Source of the DNA: an uncultured Nitrososphaerales archaeon
Lineage (GTDB): Archaea > Thermoproteota > Nitrososphaeria > Nitrososphaerales > Gagatemarchaeaceae
Length of the DNA stretch: 64,000 bases
Reading direction: 5' to 3'
NCBI GenBank assembly: GCA_963706445.1
Contig: OY970160.1
Coordinates: 1,568,001-1,632,000 of the forward strand
Made by a program: the position numbers and the translations under genes. The notes beneath the pieces were generated by a model. That model saw only the letters and a program-made list of their open reading frames with translations, was not told the origin of the DNA and made no database searches. This document shows, one piece after another, positions 19,487 to 28,454 of this stretch; the first letter of the stretch is position 1, and each line of letters starts with the position of its first letter.

Positions 19487-20347
19487 TTGAGCAGGGATCT
19501 GCATCTCAACAGGTACATGGTCGGGCCAGGCTCCAAGGTGCGGCTCAGCAGGATAGACCCTGGGGATACGTCGGCTTTCAAGGGGGATAAGGCAGACGGC
19601 GAAAAGGCGATAGATTCAATCATAAAGAAGCTCGACCCTCTGCAGGAGCTGCTGTACGCCGAACACAAGCACAAGCTCCTTGTCGTCCTGCAGGGGATGG
19701 ATTCCTCTGGGAAGGACGGCACCATAAGGCGGGTGTTCGAGGGAGTCAACCCCGAGGGGGTGAGGGTCGCCCACTTCGGACTGCCATCGGCAGAAGAGTT
19801 AGACCACGACTACCTCTGGCGTGTCCACAAGCAGGTCCCTGGCAAGGGAGAGATCGTCATCTTCAATCGCAGCCATTACGAAAGCGTCCTGGTCGAACGG
19901 GTCCACGGGCTGGTCCCGGAAAAAGTCTGGAGTAAGAGGTACAGGCAGATAGTCGACTTCGAACGAATGCTGAACGAAGAGGGGACCACGATATTGAAGT
20001 TCTTCCTTCACATAGACAAGCAGGAGCAGGAAAAGAGGTTCCAGGACAGGCTGAAGAACCCGGCCAAGCACTGGAAGTTCAGCCAGCTCGACTACGACGA
20101 GCGGTCTTACTGGAAGGACTACACAAGCGCCTACGAAGACGCCCTGGAAAGGACCAGCGCAGACGGAGCACCATGGTTCATCGTCCCGTCCAACCATCCA
20201 TGGTTCCGGGACCTCGTTGTCAGCCAGGCGATAGTAAAGTCCCTGGAGGGCCTTGGCATGAGATACCCGAAGCTCGACACCGAAAAGCCAGGGGATGGCG
20301 GCCCGCTGAAAGAGACCAAGACGAAACAGTCGGATGCGCCCCTTTAA
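19487..20347 (+). CDS. ppk2: Polyphosphate kinase 2 family (class III-like)
   Basis: LQGMDSSGKDG Walker A, HDYLWR, IFNRSHYE, KHWKFS, APWFIVP. Confidence 0.95.
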   Translation: MSRDLHLNRYMVGPGSKVRLSRIDPGDTSAFKGDKADGEKAIDSIIKKLDPLQELLYAEHKHKLLVVLQGMDSSGKDGTIRRVFEGVNPEGVRVAHFGLPSAEELDHDYLWRVHKQVPGKGEIVIFNRSHYESVLVERVHGLVPEKVWSKRYRQIVDFERMLNEEGTTILKFFLHIDKQEQEKRFQDRLKNPAKHWKFSQLDYDERSYWKDYTSAYEDALERTSADGAPWFIVPSNHPWFRDLVVSQAIVKSLEGLGMRYPKLDTEKPGDGGPLKETKTKQSDAPL

Positions 20348-20405
20348 GTAGCCCGCAGGAAACATGTCTTCTATCGGATAGACTTACGGTAGGAGGATGA
20401 ATTAA

Positions 20406-20720
20406 TTGAGTTACGGAAATAGAGGAGGAGGGTACGGCGGCAATCGAGGAGGCTTCGGAAGAAGTTCTGGAGGCTCCGGAGGCTTCCGCAAGCCGGTTGA
20501 GGTCGGCAAGGAGTACAACGTCAGTATCTCCGACACCAGCAGGCGAGGAGAAGGGATTGCAAGAGTCGAAGGATTTGTGGTCTTTGTCCCCGGGACAAAG
20601 ATGGGCCAGAACGTGAGGATCAAGGTCACACAAGTCTCAGAAAGGTTCGCGTCTGGACAGGTAGTAGAGAGTACAGCTGCGGCCCCGGCCCCAGAATCCA
20701 AGCCAGAAGGCACTAATTAG
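20406..20720 (+). CDS. Single TRAM-domain RNA-binding protein with RGG-rich N-terminus
   Basis: KPVEVGKEYNVSI..GEGIARVEGFVVFVPGT..VRIKVT. Confidence 0.92.
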   Translation: MSYGNRGGGYGGNRGGFGRSSGGSGGFRKPVEVGKEYNVSISDTSRRGEGIARVEGFVVFVPGTKMGQNVRIKVTQVSERFASGQVVESTAAAPAPESKPEGTN

Positions 20721-20889
20721 AAGTTCAGTGCGTCCCAGTGTTGGTTGGTCGTAAGGATCAACCACGCTTTCCTTTGTTTTGATTATGCAGACATTGAATG
20801 ACCTGTAGCGGTTCCCTCTCAGAAGCGAGATTATTACTCATGCCATGCCCCGAAAAAAGTTAGAAGCCGGGTGCAGGGAGAATGGGGAG

Positions 20890-20967
20890 TTGGCGAGAGA
20901 AGGGAAGAAGAAAAAGAAAGAACATGTGAGACGGAGCAAAGAGGAGTGAAAAGCGCGGAGGGGTTAA
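20890..20967 (+). pseudogene. Lys/Arg-rich microprotein copy B with in-frame TGA
   Basis: MAREGKKKKKEHVRRSKEE*KARRG*; 47/54 nt identical to copy A over the core; AGA in copy A is TGA here (20947). Confidence 0.65.
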
Positions 20968-21076
20968 CAGCCACCTTAGGCGGTAACACGCCCTCGGGAC
21001 TATCCACCCTGGAATCGGATAGACCCAATTAGCGATGCGCCCCTTCTTATAGTGCATCAATACACTAGACTCTGAA

Positions 21077-21340
21077 ATGACGACAGAGCAAGATCAGGTT
21101 ACGCGCGCTGCGTTCTACACGACACCGTCACTGGCCAAGTACATATTGACCAACGGGCGTCCGAGGAGCAGACATGCCTTCAGGGATATGGTGGCTTCAG
21201 GCTCGTCTTTGGATCTGGCAAGCGCGAAGGGACTAGCGTTGATCGACTGCCTGGATCAGGTGGCGTTCTTCGTACACCCTCAGCAGATCAACATAATGGA
21301 CAAGACGAACTGCAAGATCATAGTCTCCCTCGTACGATAA
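21077..21340 (+). CDS. Hypothetical protein
   Basis: 87-aa ORF; TTATA box about 28 nt upstream. Confidence 0.55.
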   Translation: MTTEQDQVTRAAFYTTPSLAKYILTNGRPRSRHAFRDMVASGSSLDLASAKGLALIDCLDQVAFFVHPQQINIMDKTNCKIIVSLVR

Positions 21341-21390
21341 GCGCAATCCAAAGGAATAAGGAATCCTCCATCGCGGACGGCTACAGGGCG

Positions 21391-21678
21391 TTGAGCAAAG
21401 AGCAGTTCACCGAGTGGGTCAACCGGAGGTCGAACCTTCCTCTCGCGGTCAGAGGACACACATTCGTCTTCAAGGGAGACAATGTCATCACTGTGGACGG
21501 CGGGAAGTTCCTTTACGAGGACGCCCTTCAGCTAGTCAGGCTCCTCAATTCGAAGAATCCCTTCGACCAGATAAACGCCACCTTCATGATCGCGGAAAGG
21601 AATGGAGCGCTCAGATTCGTGGTGCTGGCCCTCGTTGCCCTGATATTCCTGGTCGTCGTGTTCCTGGCTCTGCGCTAG
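21391..21678 (+). CDS. Small protein with C-terminal membrane anchor
   Basis: Soluble N-terminus and a C-terminal hydrophobic helix. Confidence 0.7.
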   Translation: MSKEQFTEWVNRRSNLPLAVRGHTFVFKGDNVITVDGGKFLYEDALQLVRLLNSKNPFDQINATFMIAERNGALRFVVLALVALIFLVVVFLALR

Positions 21679-21685
21679 GCGAGCC

Positions 21686-24421
21686 CTACGGCTTGATTGT
21701 CACGTAATAGAGTTCGGTCACTCCGGCGGATGGGACCTTGAGCACCCCGAAGTTCAGGTTCCCTGAGCTGTCTACCCAAGTGAAGACCGTGTTCCCGACG
21801 GCCCCGGGTCCGAAGGACTGGAGCCACCCGGCGACGAGAGCGAGTGTCTTGTTGGCGCCAACAGCGCTCAGGGACACCGACCCCTCGCTCAACCAGATTG
21901 TGGGGTTGACCGAAGTTACGTTGGCCAAACTGTAGCCCCGGGAAACGATGAGCGAATCTATCTGATGGACCACCGCTACCAATGTCGGTGTCGAGGTGGT
22001 TGTGGAATTCGTCTCGCCGAGGTTATCGAACGCGACAGTGGCATCAGACCCCACCCCCACAATCCCTGTCGAAGGATTCACCGCGGTCATGAATGGAAGC
22101 TGGGTGACGACCCCGGAAGTCCCAGGGTTGGTGTAGACGGCCACGAAATACGTCAGTGTCCCGCCCACAGAATACAAGAGGTAGGAGCCGAACCTGTAAT
22201 TGGGGAGGAGTGTCAGCTGGGTCCTCACCTGCTGGTTCGTGTTGAGGGCGTTCTCTGCGGCCGAAGGGCCGATAATCAGTGAAGACGTCGATGGATTCTG
22301 GTATAGGTCGATCTGGCCGAGTTTGGCTCCGCCATAGGCAATGTAGAGCGCTCCGAGGTTCTTGCTCACAACCCCCTGGTATTGCACGAGTTGGAGGCCC
22401 ACGAAGTAGGTACTGCTCCCAACAGCGAACGGGATGTACTGAACAGTACTGTTGCCCGCCCTCTCGTAGAACTGGGTCCCCGACCTGAAGATGAAGGGGT
22501 CGGTGACGTGGTAGACGAAGTCGTAATCGAGCTGGCCGGGGACGGTGGGCGAGCCGAGGAGCTGCTCTGGGTACCTGAGCTGGGGGACGAGCCAGGCAGG
22601 CGGAGCCGTCCAGCTCGAGTAGTAGTTCTGGTAGAACTGCGTGAGGAAGTCCGAGGAGTTGGTCCCGAGCAGGTTGGAGACCGTGTACCCCTGCATGGCG
22701 CCGTTCTGGATGTTCACCAGGACGACCCCGAAGAACCTCAAGTATGGGCTCGCGGAGAATCCCGACTGGAGCGGGTAGTTGATGTAGACCTGCACGGCGT
22801 AGTACAGGTTCTTGCCGTCGGATACGACGTAGGCCGACGGGTCCATGGTCAGCCCTGAGATGAGCACGTCCCCGACTCTGGAGAAGATGTTTCTGTTCCA
22901 GAGCATGTTGATGTTCTGCGCCGAGAAGGCGAACCCGAGCTGGCCTTCGGCGAATGTGAACCACATCGCCTTCTGCCATCCGGTCAGGGTGTAGTCCGGG
23001 GTCCCTCCGTAGGAGACGTTCTGGACCTCATCGTAACCGGGGACGTTGACGTAGACGCTCCCGCCGAAGCCGTCGCCTTCCCCATAGTAGAGGAGAGGCT
23101 CCGAAGGTATCCCGAATGCGCTGGTCGCCGGGACCACCGTCCCGTTGTGCGTGTTGATGACCAGGACCTTGGCGGCGTGGGTGTAAATCAGGTGCTCGCT
23201 GATCCAGTCCGTAGACGGGAAGACAGGGGTCGTCGGGGAGACCCAGTACTCCGTCCCGTTGTAGAAGACTATCTCAGAGCTGGCAAGGCCCATCCAGTTG
23301 TACGCGCCTATCTCCTTGGTGTTGATGACAGTGGCAGCCTGCTGGTCCCACTGCCGGACGAGGTTCAGGGTCGTTGTGGGATTGCTGGTCGGCAGGCTCG
23401 TGATGTTTTGGACATGGATGTTGTCGAGCCCCGCGGCCCACTGTGTCACGGTGATCTGCTTCTGGGTCTGAGGAGCCCACTGATAGGCGAGATAGTTGTT
23501 GTTCCAGTTGAAGTAGTAGAAGGCCCCTATGCCCACCTGGACTATCAGGAGCACCGCGACGATGATCGCGACGCCCTTGAAGAGATTGTGCCGGGGGACC
23601 TCCATCCTGCTCCTGTAAAGGAGAAAGATGCCGACGACAGAGAGGAGGAATGCGCTCCAGACGATTCCGTATACGTAGGGGGTCGCTATGTTCATCAGCC
23701 AATACGGAGCGCCTAGGATTATCTCAAACAGCACGAGTGCAATCAGTGTGAGAAAGTTCCTGAGCGGGACGTCCGCCTTCCTGATTGCCAAATTGGCCAT
23801 TAGGCGGAGGGCGACCCTGATGGCGACCACGAGAAGGATAGCCGAGACGACGTAGGAGAGGACGGCGTACTGGATGCTGAGGGTGGGCATGAGGCTGACG
23901 AAGCCGGCTCCAGAGGCAGAAGTGACTGGAAGGGCGAAGACCGCCGGGAGGGACCCCCAGTTTCCGAGGCCCATGGCCATCATCATAATCGGGTTCATCG
24001 TTGGCCCGAGGAAGAGGAAGCCTCCCAAACTTACGAAAAGATAGAAGCCCATGGCCCACTTGACCACCTGCCAGAGTCCCCAGAGCCAGCGGTTCATCTT
24101 CTCGCTGGGCATGTTCTCTTGAGCTTCGTATGGCCTGATCAACCGGTAGGCGACTGTGCCAAGCCTCCACAGGTCGCTGCCACCAGGGCGCGGATAGATG
24201 AGAAGGAGGGCGAAGAGACCGGCTGCCACGAATGTGTAGTCGTGGTAGAACGTTATCCCGAACCAGTCGAGCCCGGCCTTCAGTGAGTAGACGTGTTCCG
24301 CGATGGACCACTGCAGCACCACCCAGGCTACGGCCAGAATCGCGATGACGGCGATGAGAACTATGATGAGTATCGACAGCCGCTTGTAGATCCTCGGTCG
24401 GCCTTCGTCTGCCGCATCCAA
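21686..24421 (-). CDS. UPF0182 family membrane protein
   Basis: Multi-TM N-terminal half; VRQWD, HLIYTH, LYYGE, QLRYPE motifs in the extracellular half. Confidence 0.85.
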   Translation of the reverse strand: MDAADEGRPRIYKRLSILIIVLIAVIAILAVAWVVLQWSIAEHVYSLKAGLDWFGITFYHDYTFVAAGLFALLLIYPRPGGSDLWRLGTVAYRLIRPYEAQENMPSEKMNRWLWGLWQVVKWAMGFYLFVSLGGFLFLGPTMNPIMMMAMGLGNWGSLPAVFALPVTSASGAGFVSLMPTLSIQYAVLSYVVSAILLVVAIRVALRLMANLAIRKADVPLRNFLTLIALVLFEIILGAPYWLMNIATPYVYGIVWSAFLLSVVGIFLLYRSRMEVPRHNLFKGVAIIVAVLLIVQVGIGAFYYFNWNNNYLAYQWAPQTQKQITVTQWAAGLDNIHVQNITSLPTSNPTTTLNLVRQWDQQAATVINTKEIGAYNWMGLASSEIVFYNGTEYWVSPTTPVFPSTDWISEHLIYTHAAKVLVINTHNGTVVPATSAFGIPSEPLLYYGEGDGFGGSVYVNVPGYDEVQNVSYGGTPDYTLTGWQKAMWFTFAEGQLGFAFSAQNINMLWNRNIFSRVGDVLISGLTMDPSAYVVSDGKNLYYAVQVYINYPLQSGFSASPYLRFFGVVLVNIQNGAMQGYTVSNLLGTNSSDFLTQFYQNYYSSWTAPPAWLVPQLRYPEQLLGSPTVPGQLDYDFVYHVTDPFIFRSGTQFYERAGNSTVQYIPFAVGSSTYFVGLQLVQYQGVVSKNLGALYIAYGGAKLGQIDLYQNPSTSSLIIGPSAAENALNTNQQVRTQLTLLPNYRFGSYLLYSVGGTLTYFVAVYTNPGTSGVVTQLPFMTAVNPSTGIVGVGSDATVAFDNLGETNSTTTSTPTLVAVVHQIDSLIVSRGYSLANVTSVNPTIWLSEGSVSLSAVGANKTLALVAGWLQSFGPGAVGNTVFTWVDSSGNLNFGVLKVPSAGVTELYYVTIKP

Positions 24422-24449
24422 CCTAGGAGATGGCCTGCCGCATCACTAT

Positions 24450-25435
24450 TTACACTGTAGGCAATACCGTGATTACGACCTTTCCCCGTGCATGCCCCTG
24501 TTCTAGATACCGGATGGCTTCGGCAGTCTCGCTCAAGAGCGTCGGTCGATTACAGGCGAGACCTTTCCAGCTTCTATGAGTTCCTTCAGGTAGACCAGAT
24601 CTTCAGTGTTCGGCTTCGCCAGCCCCATCATTCCAACCTTCTTGTTCCCCATGGACGATGATAGGGGCCCAAGGACGATGAGTGCGAACAGATGGGAAAG
24701 GCCTCCGAAACCTGCGACGGCGCATATCCCCTGCGGGTTCAACGCGCGTTTGCAATCTGAAACCGAATGGTTTCCCACGGCGTCGTAGATCAGATCGTAA
24801 GACTGGCCAGTCCTGGTGAAGTCTTGCTTCGTGTAGTCGATGACGTGGTCTGCTCCGATGGAGCTTACCAGCTTCAAGTTCTTCGTGCTGCACACCCCGG
24901 TGACTTCTGTCCCGTATGACTTCGCGATCTGCACTGCGAACGAGCCCACCCCACCGGACGCGCCGTTCACGAGGACCTTCTGTCCGGCCTTGATCTTCCC
25001 GTAGTCGCGAAGGCCCTGCAGGGCGGTTATGCCCGCGACAGGGACGGCGGCGGCCTCCTCGAATGATTTGTTGCTCGGCTTGAGTGCAGTTCTGTCCTGC
25101 TTCGCTGTCGCGTATTCGGCGAAGCTGCTCCCGCACATCCCAAACACCTCGTCTCCCGGATGGAACTTCGTGACGCCAGCACCAAAGGCCTCCACCTGAC
25201 CTGCGAAGTCGGCCCCGAGCCTTGGGTCCTTTGGCTTGGTCCACCCGCCCGAGACGCGCGCGATGAACGGTGCACCCCTCATGCCGTGCCAGTCGAGGGG
25301 ATTCACTGAGGCGGCGTGGACCTTCACGAGTATTTCGCCTTTCTTGGGCGTGGGCTTCTCCACCTCCTTGAGCTGAAGGACTTCCGGCGGGCCGTATCGA
25401 TAGTATTGGATAGCCTTCATCGTATCAAGCACCAT
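24450..25435 (-). pseudogene. NAD(P)-dependent MDR/quinone-oxidoreductase-like protein, frameshifted near the C-terminus
   Basis: ASVNPLDW and NGASGGVG motifs; the ORF stops at DRRS* (24533) but the conserved tail LSETAEAIRYLEQGHARGKVVITV continues in another frame to 24450. Confidence 0.85.
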
Positions 25436-25458
25436 GACGGCTGGTATCTAAGTTGGAG

Positions 25459-25878
25459 CTACTTCGTCCTCTTTGTCAGCGCTACTACCGGGATGACCCT
25501 TTTGGTTTTCTGCTGGTATTCGCCGAATCGAGGGTACAAAGTGGCTTGGCGTTTGTAGAGGGCGTCATGCTCAGGTCCCGTGACCTCTTCTGCCAGGACG
25601 TCAATGGTGTCGTCCCCCAACTCAATCTTGATGTCGGGGTGGACCTTGAGGTTGAGGAACCAGTCCGGATGCGTGTCCGCGCCCCCCTTTGACGCGAAGA
25701 CAAGCCAGCGCTCGCCGTCCTTAAGGTACATCACCGGGTTCACGCGTTCCTTGCCCGTGCGTCTTCCGAAGGTATGGACAAGCAACAGCGGCGCTCCTTT
25801 GAAGTAGCCGCCGACTTGGCCGTGGTTCTTGCGGAACTCTTCGATGTTCAGCGCGTTGTAGTCGCCGCTTCCGCTCAT
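25459..25878 (-). CDS. Deazaflavin (F420)-dependent nitroreductase family protein (Ddn-like)
   Basis: IEEFRKNHGQVGG..GRRTGKER..FASKGGADTHPDWFLNL..YQQKTKRVIPVV. Confidence 0.92.
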   Translation of the reverse strand: MSGSGDYNALNIEEFRKNHGQVGGYFKGAPLLLVHTFGRRTGKERVNPVMYLKDGERWLVFASKGGADTHPDWFLNLKVHPDIKIELGDDTIDVLAEEVTGPEHDALYKRQATLYPRFGEYQQKTKRVIPVVALTKRTK

Positions 25879-25947
25879 AGTGCTTCGGACGTGCTGGAGG
25901 GCTAAAAACTTGCTCTGCGTCCATCGAGGATTCCGCGCTCGTGCCTC

Positions 25948-26781
25948 TTACTCTGGGCGGAGGGCCCTTCGTGCCGCCAGATAGCCGAGTACACCGAGGA
26001 GCGACGCAAATACGACCAGGTAGGCAATGTCCCACCCGTAGGTCGCCAGCTGGCTGGAGGAGAGTGAGCCGTTGACAATGAGCAGCCTAGCAGCTTCGTT
26101 CGCTTTGGTGACGGGGTTCACGCTTGCTATGCTCATGAGCCAGCTTGGAAAGGAGGAGGACGGGAAGAATGTGTTGCTCATGAACATGACTGGGAGTGTG
26201 ATGAAGTTGACGATCGCCACCAGGGAGTCGATGCTCCTGACCGTGAGGGCCAGGGCAGTGAATACAAAGGATAGCCCGAGACCAAGGAGGATGAATGCGG
26301 CGAAGACGCCGATGAATTCCAGAACTCCGAACGAGCCAGGCAGCTGGAGGCCGCTGGGGAGGACCAATGCGACGACGAAGGTGAGTACTGCGAGTATCAG
26401 AACCTTGACGAGGTTCTGGAACACGCCGGAAAGATAGATGGCGGCTCGAGGGACTGGGGCAGTAAGGAGGGAGTTCAGGTACCCCAGCTGCCTGTCGAGG
26501 ACCAGGTCGATCCCCCCGAAGGCCATGTTGAAGACGAGGATGATACAGATGACTCCCGAAGTTAGGTAGGTGATGTAGGTCGGGGCGCCGCCGAAGGAAG
26601 CCTTCAGGATCGCCGAACCCGCGGCGCCGGCGCTTGAAGGGATCAGATTGGCGGGGTTGAAGGAGCTCCCGAAAAGAGCGAGGTAGAACATCGCTGTGAA
26701 CAGGCCAGGCAATACGGACGCGGGGTTTCGCACCCATTTCTTCAGGGCCCTGAAAGTCAGCGCCAGTGTCTCATCGAACAT
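25948..26781 (-). CDS. ABC-2 type exporter permease
   Basis: Six TM helices; DRQLGYLNSLLTAPV, SVNPVT. Confidence 0.9.
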   Translation of the reverse strand: MFDETLALTFRALKKWVRNPASVLPGLFTAMFYLALFGSSFNPANLIPSSAGAAGSAILKASFGGAPTYITYLTSGVICIILVFNMAFGGIDLVLDRQLGYLNSLLTAPVPRAAIYLSGVFQNLVKVLILAVLTFVVALVLPSGLQLPGSFGVLEFIGVFAAFILLGLGLSFVFTALALTVRSIDSLVAIVNFITLPVMFMSNTFFPSSSFPSWLMSIASVNPVTKANEAARLLIVNGSLSSSQLATYGWDIAYLVVFASLLGVLGYLAARRALRPE

Positions 26782-26784
26782 TGA

Positions 26785-27783
26785 CTACCTGGCCCTCTCC
26801 ATCCTGATGTTCTCCCAGACAGAGTCGCTCTGTGGGGACTCCTCGTCTCTCATAGACCTGCCCACCACGTCCAGGAAGACCTGGTCAAGTGTTGGCTTGG
26901 AGAATGTGATTTCCGCGATCTCTGCCTCTTTCTGTACGACCCCCGCTATGATCGCAGGGAGCGCCTTCTCCGTCTTCGGGAGCTTGATCGTGTATACCTT
27001 CCCGTCCCTGGTCACCCCTTTCACTCCTTCAATGCTTGAGAGGAACTCTGTGAGGTCTTCCTTGTCGTCGGCGAGCGTCAGGGTGATGATGTCCCCCCCG
27101 TGGGTCGCCTTCAGCTCTCCCGGGGTTCCGGAGACCTTGATGGTCCCGTGGTCGATTATCGCGATCCTGTCGCAGAGGGAGTCCGCCTCGTCAAGGTAAT
27201 GGGTTGTCATGAAGACGGTGAGCCCCTTGTCCCTGTTCAGTCCCTTGATGTAGTTCCACATCCTGCTCCGCGTCTGTACGTCCAGCCCCAGCGTCGGCTC
27301 GTCGAGGAAGAGGACCTTGGGTTCGTGGAGCAGACCCATGACAAGCTGCAGTCGCCTCCTCATACCGCCGGAGAACGTCTTCACTTTGCGCCCGGCCGCG
27401 TCTTCAAGGTCTACGAGGCCGAGAAGCGTGCCGATGTTGGATTTCGCAGCAGCGCCCCTGACCTGGTGGAGCCTGGCCATCAACATCATGTTCTCGGTCC
27501 CTGTCAGCTCGTCATCGGCTGTGAGCTCCTGGGGGACCACCCCTATGCTCTTGCGGACAGCGCCGGGGTCCTTGGCCACGTCATGGCCGGCGACGGTGGC
27601 GCTTCCTTCTGTGATCGATGCTAGGGTGTTGAGCATCTTGATGGTCGTCGTCTTGCCAGCGCCGTTGGGGCCCAGGAAACCGAAGATCTCCCCTTCCGCC
27701 ACCTTGAAAGAAATGTGATCGACCGCCTTCACCTTCCCGCCGTATACCTTCGTCAGGTTCTCGGCTTCGATGATGGCTGCCAT
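26785..27783 (-). CDS. ABC exporter ATP-binding protein (DrrA-like)
   Basis: GPNGAGKT, FSGGMRRR, LDEPTLGLD. Confidence 0.95.
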   Translation of the reverse strand: MAAIIEAENLTKVYGGKVKAVDHISFKVAEGEIFGFLGPNGAGKTTTIKMLNTLASITEGSATVAGHDVAKDPGAVRKSIGVVPQELTADDELTGTENMMLMARLHQVRGAAAKSNIGTLLGLVDLEDAAGRKVKTFSGGMRRRLQLVMGLLHEPKVLFLDEPTLGLDVQTRSRMWNYIKGLNRDKGLTVFMTTHYLDEADSLCDRIAIIDHGTIKVSGTPGELKATHGGDIITLTLADDKEDLTEFLSSIEGVKGVTRDGKVYTIKLPKTEKALPAIIAGVVQKEAEIAEITFSKPTLDQVFLDVVGRSMRDEESPQSDSVWENIRMERAR

Positions 27784-27940
27784 TGCCCAGACTACACCGT
27801 TTCAATCAGCGGATAAATACTCCGTGCACGTTCAGTGATTGCCTGACGGTAGGGTTAGCCTTCAACTGCCAGCGGGTGGAATCATAGATTCCCAGGGCGC
27901 CACAAAACCAAATTAGCCGGCCTGTAGCGGGTCGGTCGAT

Positions 27941-28429
27941 TTGGCAGGGATAATCCAGCAGGTCAACCTGAAGAACCGTACCCCCGGAGAGCATGGACTC
28001 CCAAAGAATCCGGTTAGCTCGGCGTTCGTCGGCAAAGCTGGCGTCGAGGGAGATTTCAATGTCTTCAGGCACGAGGAACGGAAAGACGATCCTGACCAAG
28101 CCCTGCTCATCATGCCGATTGAGATGATCAAGGAGCTGAACTCCGAGGGCTGGCCAATCAAGCCGGGGGACCTCGGGGAAAACTTCACCACGGTCGGGGT
28201 GTCCTACAAGTCGTTCGCACCAGGGAAGATCTATGACGCTGGAGGCGTCAGACTGCAGATCTCCAAGGCCTGCGACCCCTGCAACAATCTGTACCTCCTC
28301 CCATATGTGGGGAAAACAAGGGGGCACGAATTTCTGAAGCTAATGCTGGGCAGGCGGGGCTGGTACGCCCGGGTCCTCAGTGAAGGGCAGGTTAAGCACG
28401 GGGACCGGATAGAAGAGAGCCATGCCTGA
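27941..28429 (+). CDS. MOSC domain protein
   Basis: GLPK..PGDLGENFT..LQISKACDPC..RGWYARVLSEGQVKHGD. Confidence 0.9.
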   Translation: MAGIIQQVNLKNRTPGEHGLPKNPVSSAFVGKAGVEGDFNVFRHEERKDDPDQALLIMPIEMIKELNSEGWPIKPGDLGENFTTVGVSYKSFAPGKIYDAGGVRLQISKACDPCNNLYLLPYVGKTRGHEFLKLMLGRRGWYARVLSEGQVKHGDRIEESHA

Positions 28430-28454
28430 GCTGGCCCAGTAGGAAAGCGCACCC

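Noticed and set aside
17140-20965. Inverted repeat pair as the ends of an invertible segment or as an ncRNA family
   Set aside because: Differences cluster at third codon positions, which is better explained by paralogous microproteins.
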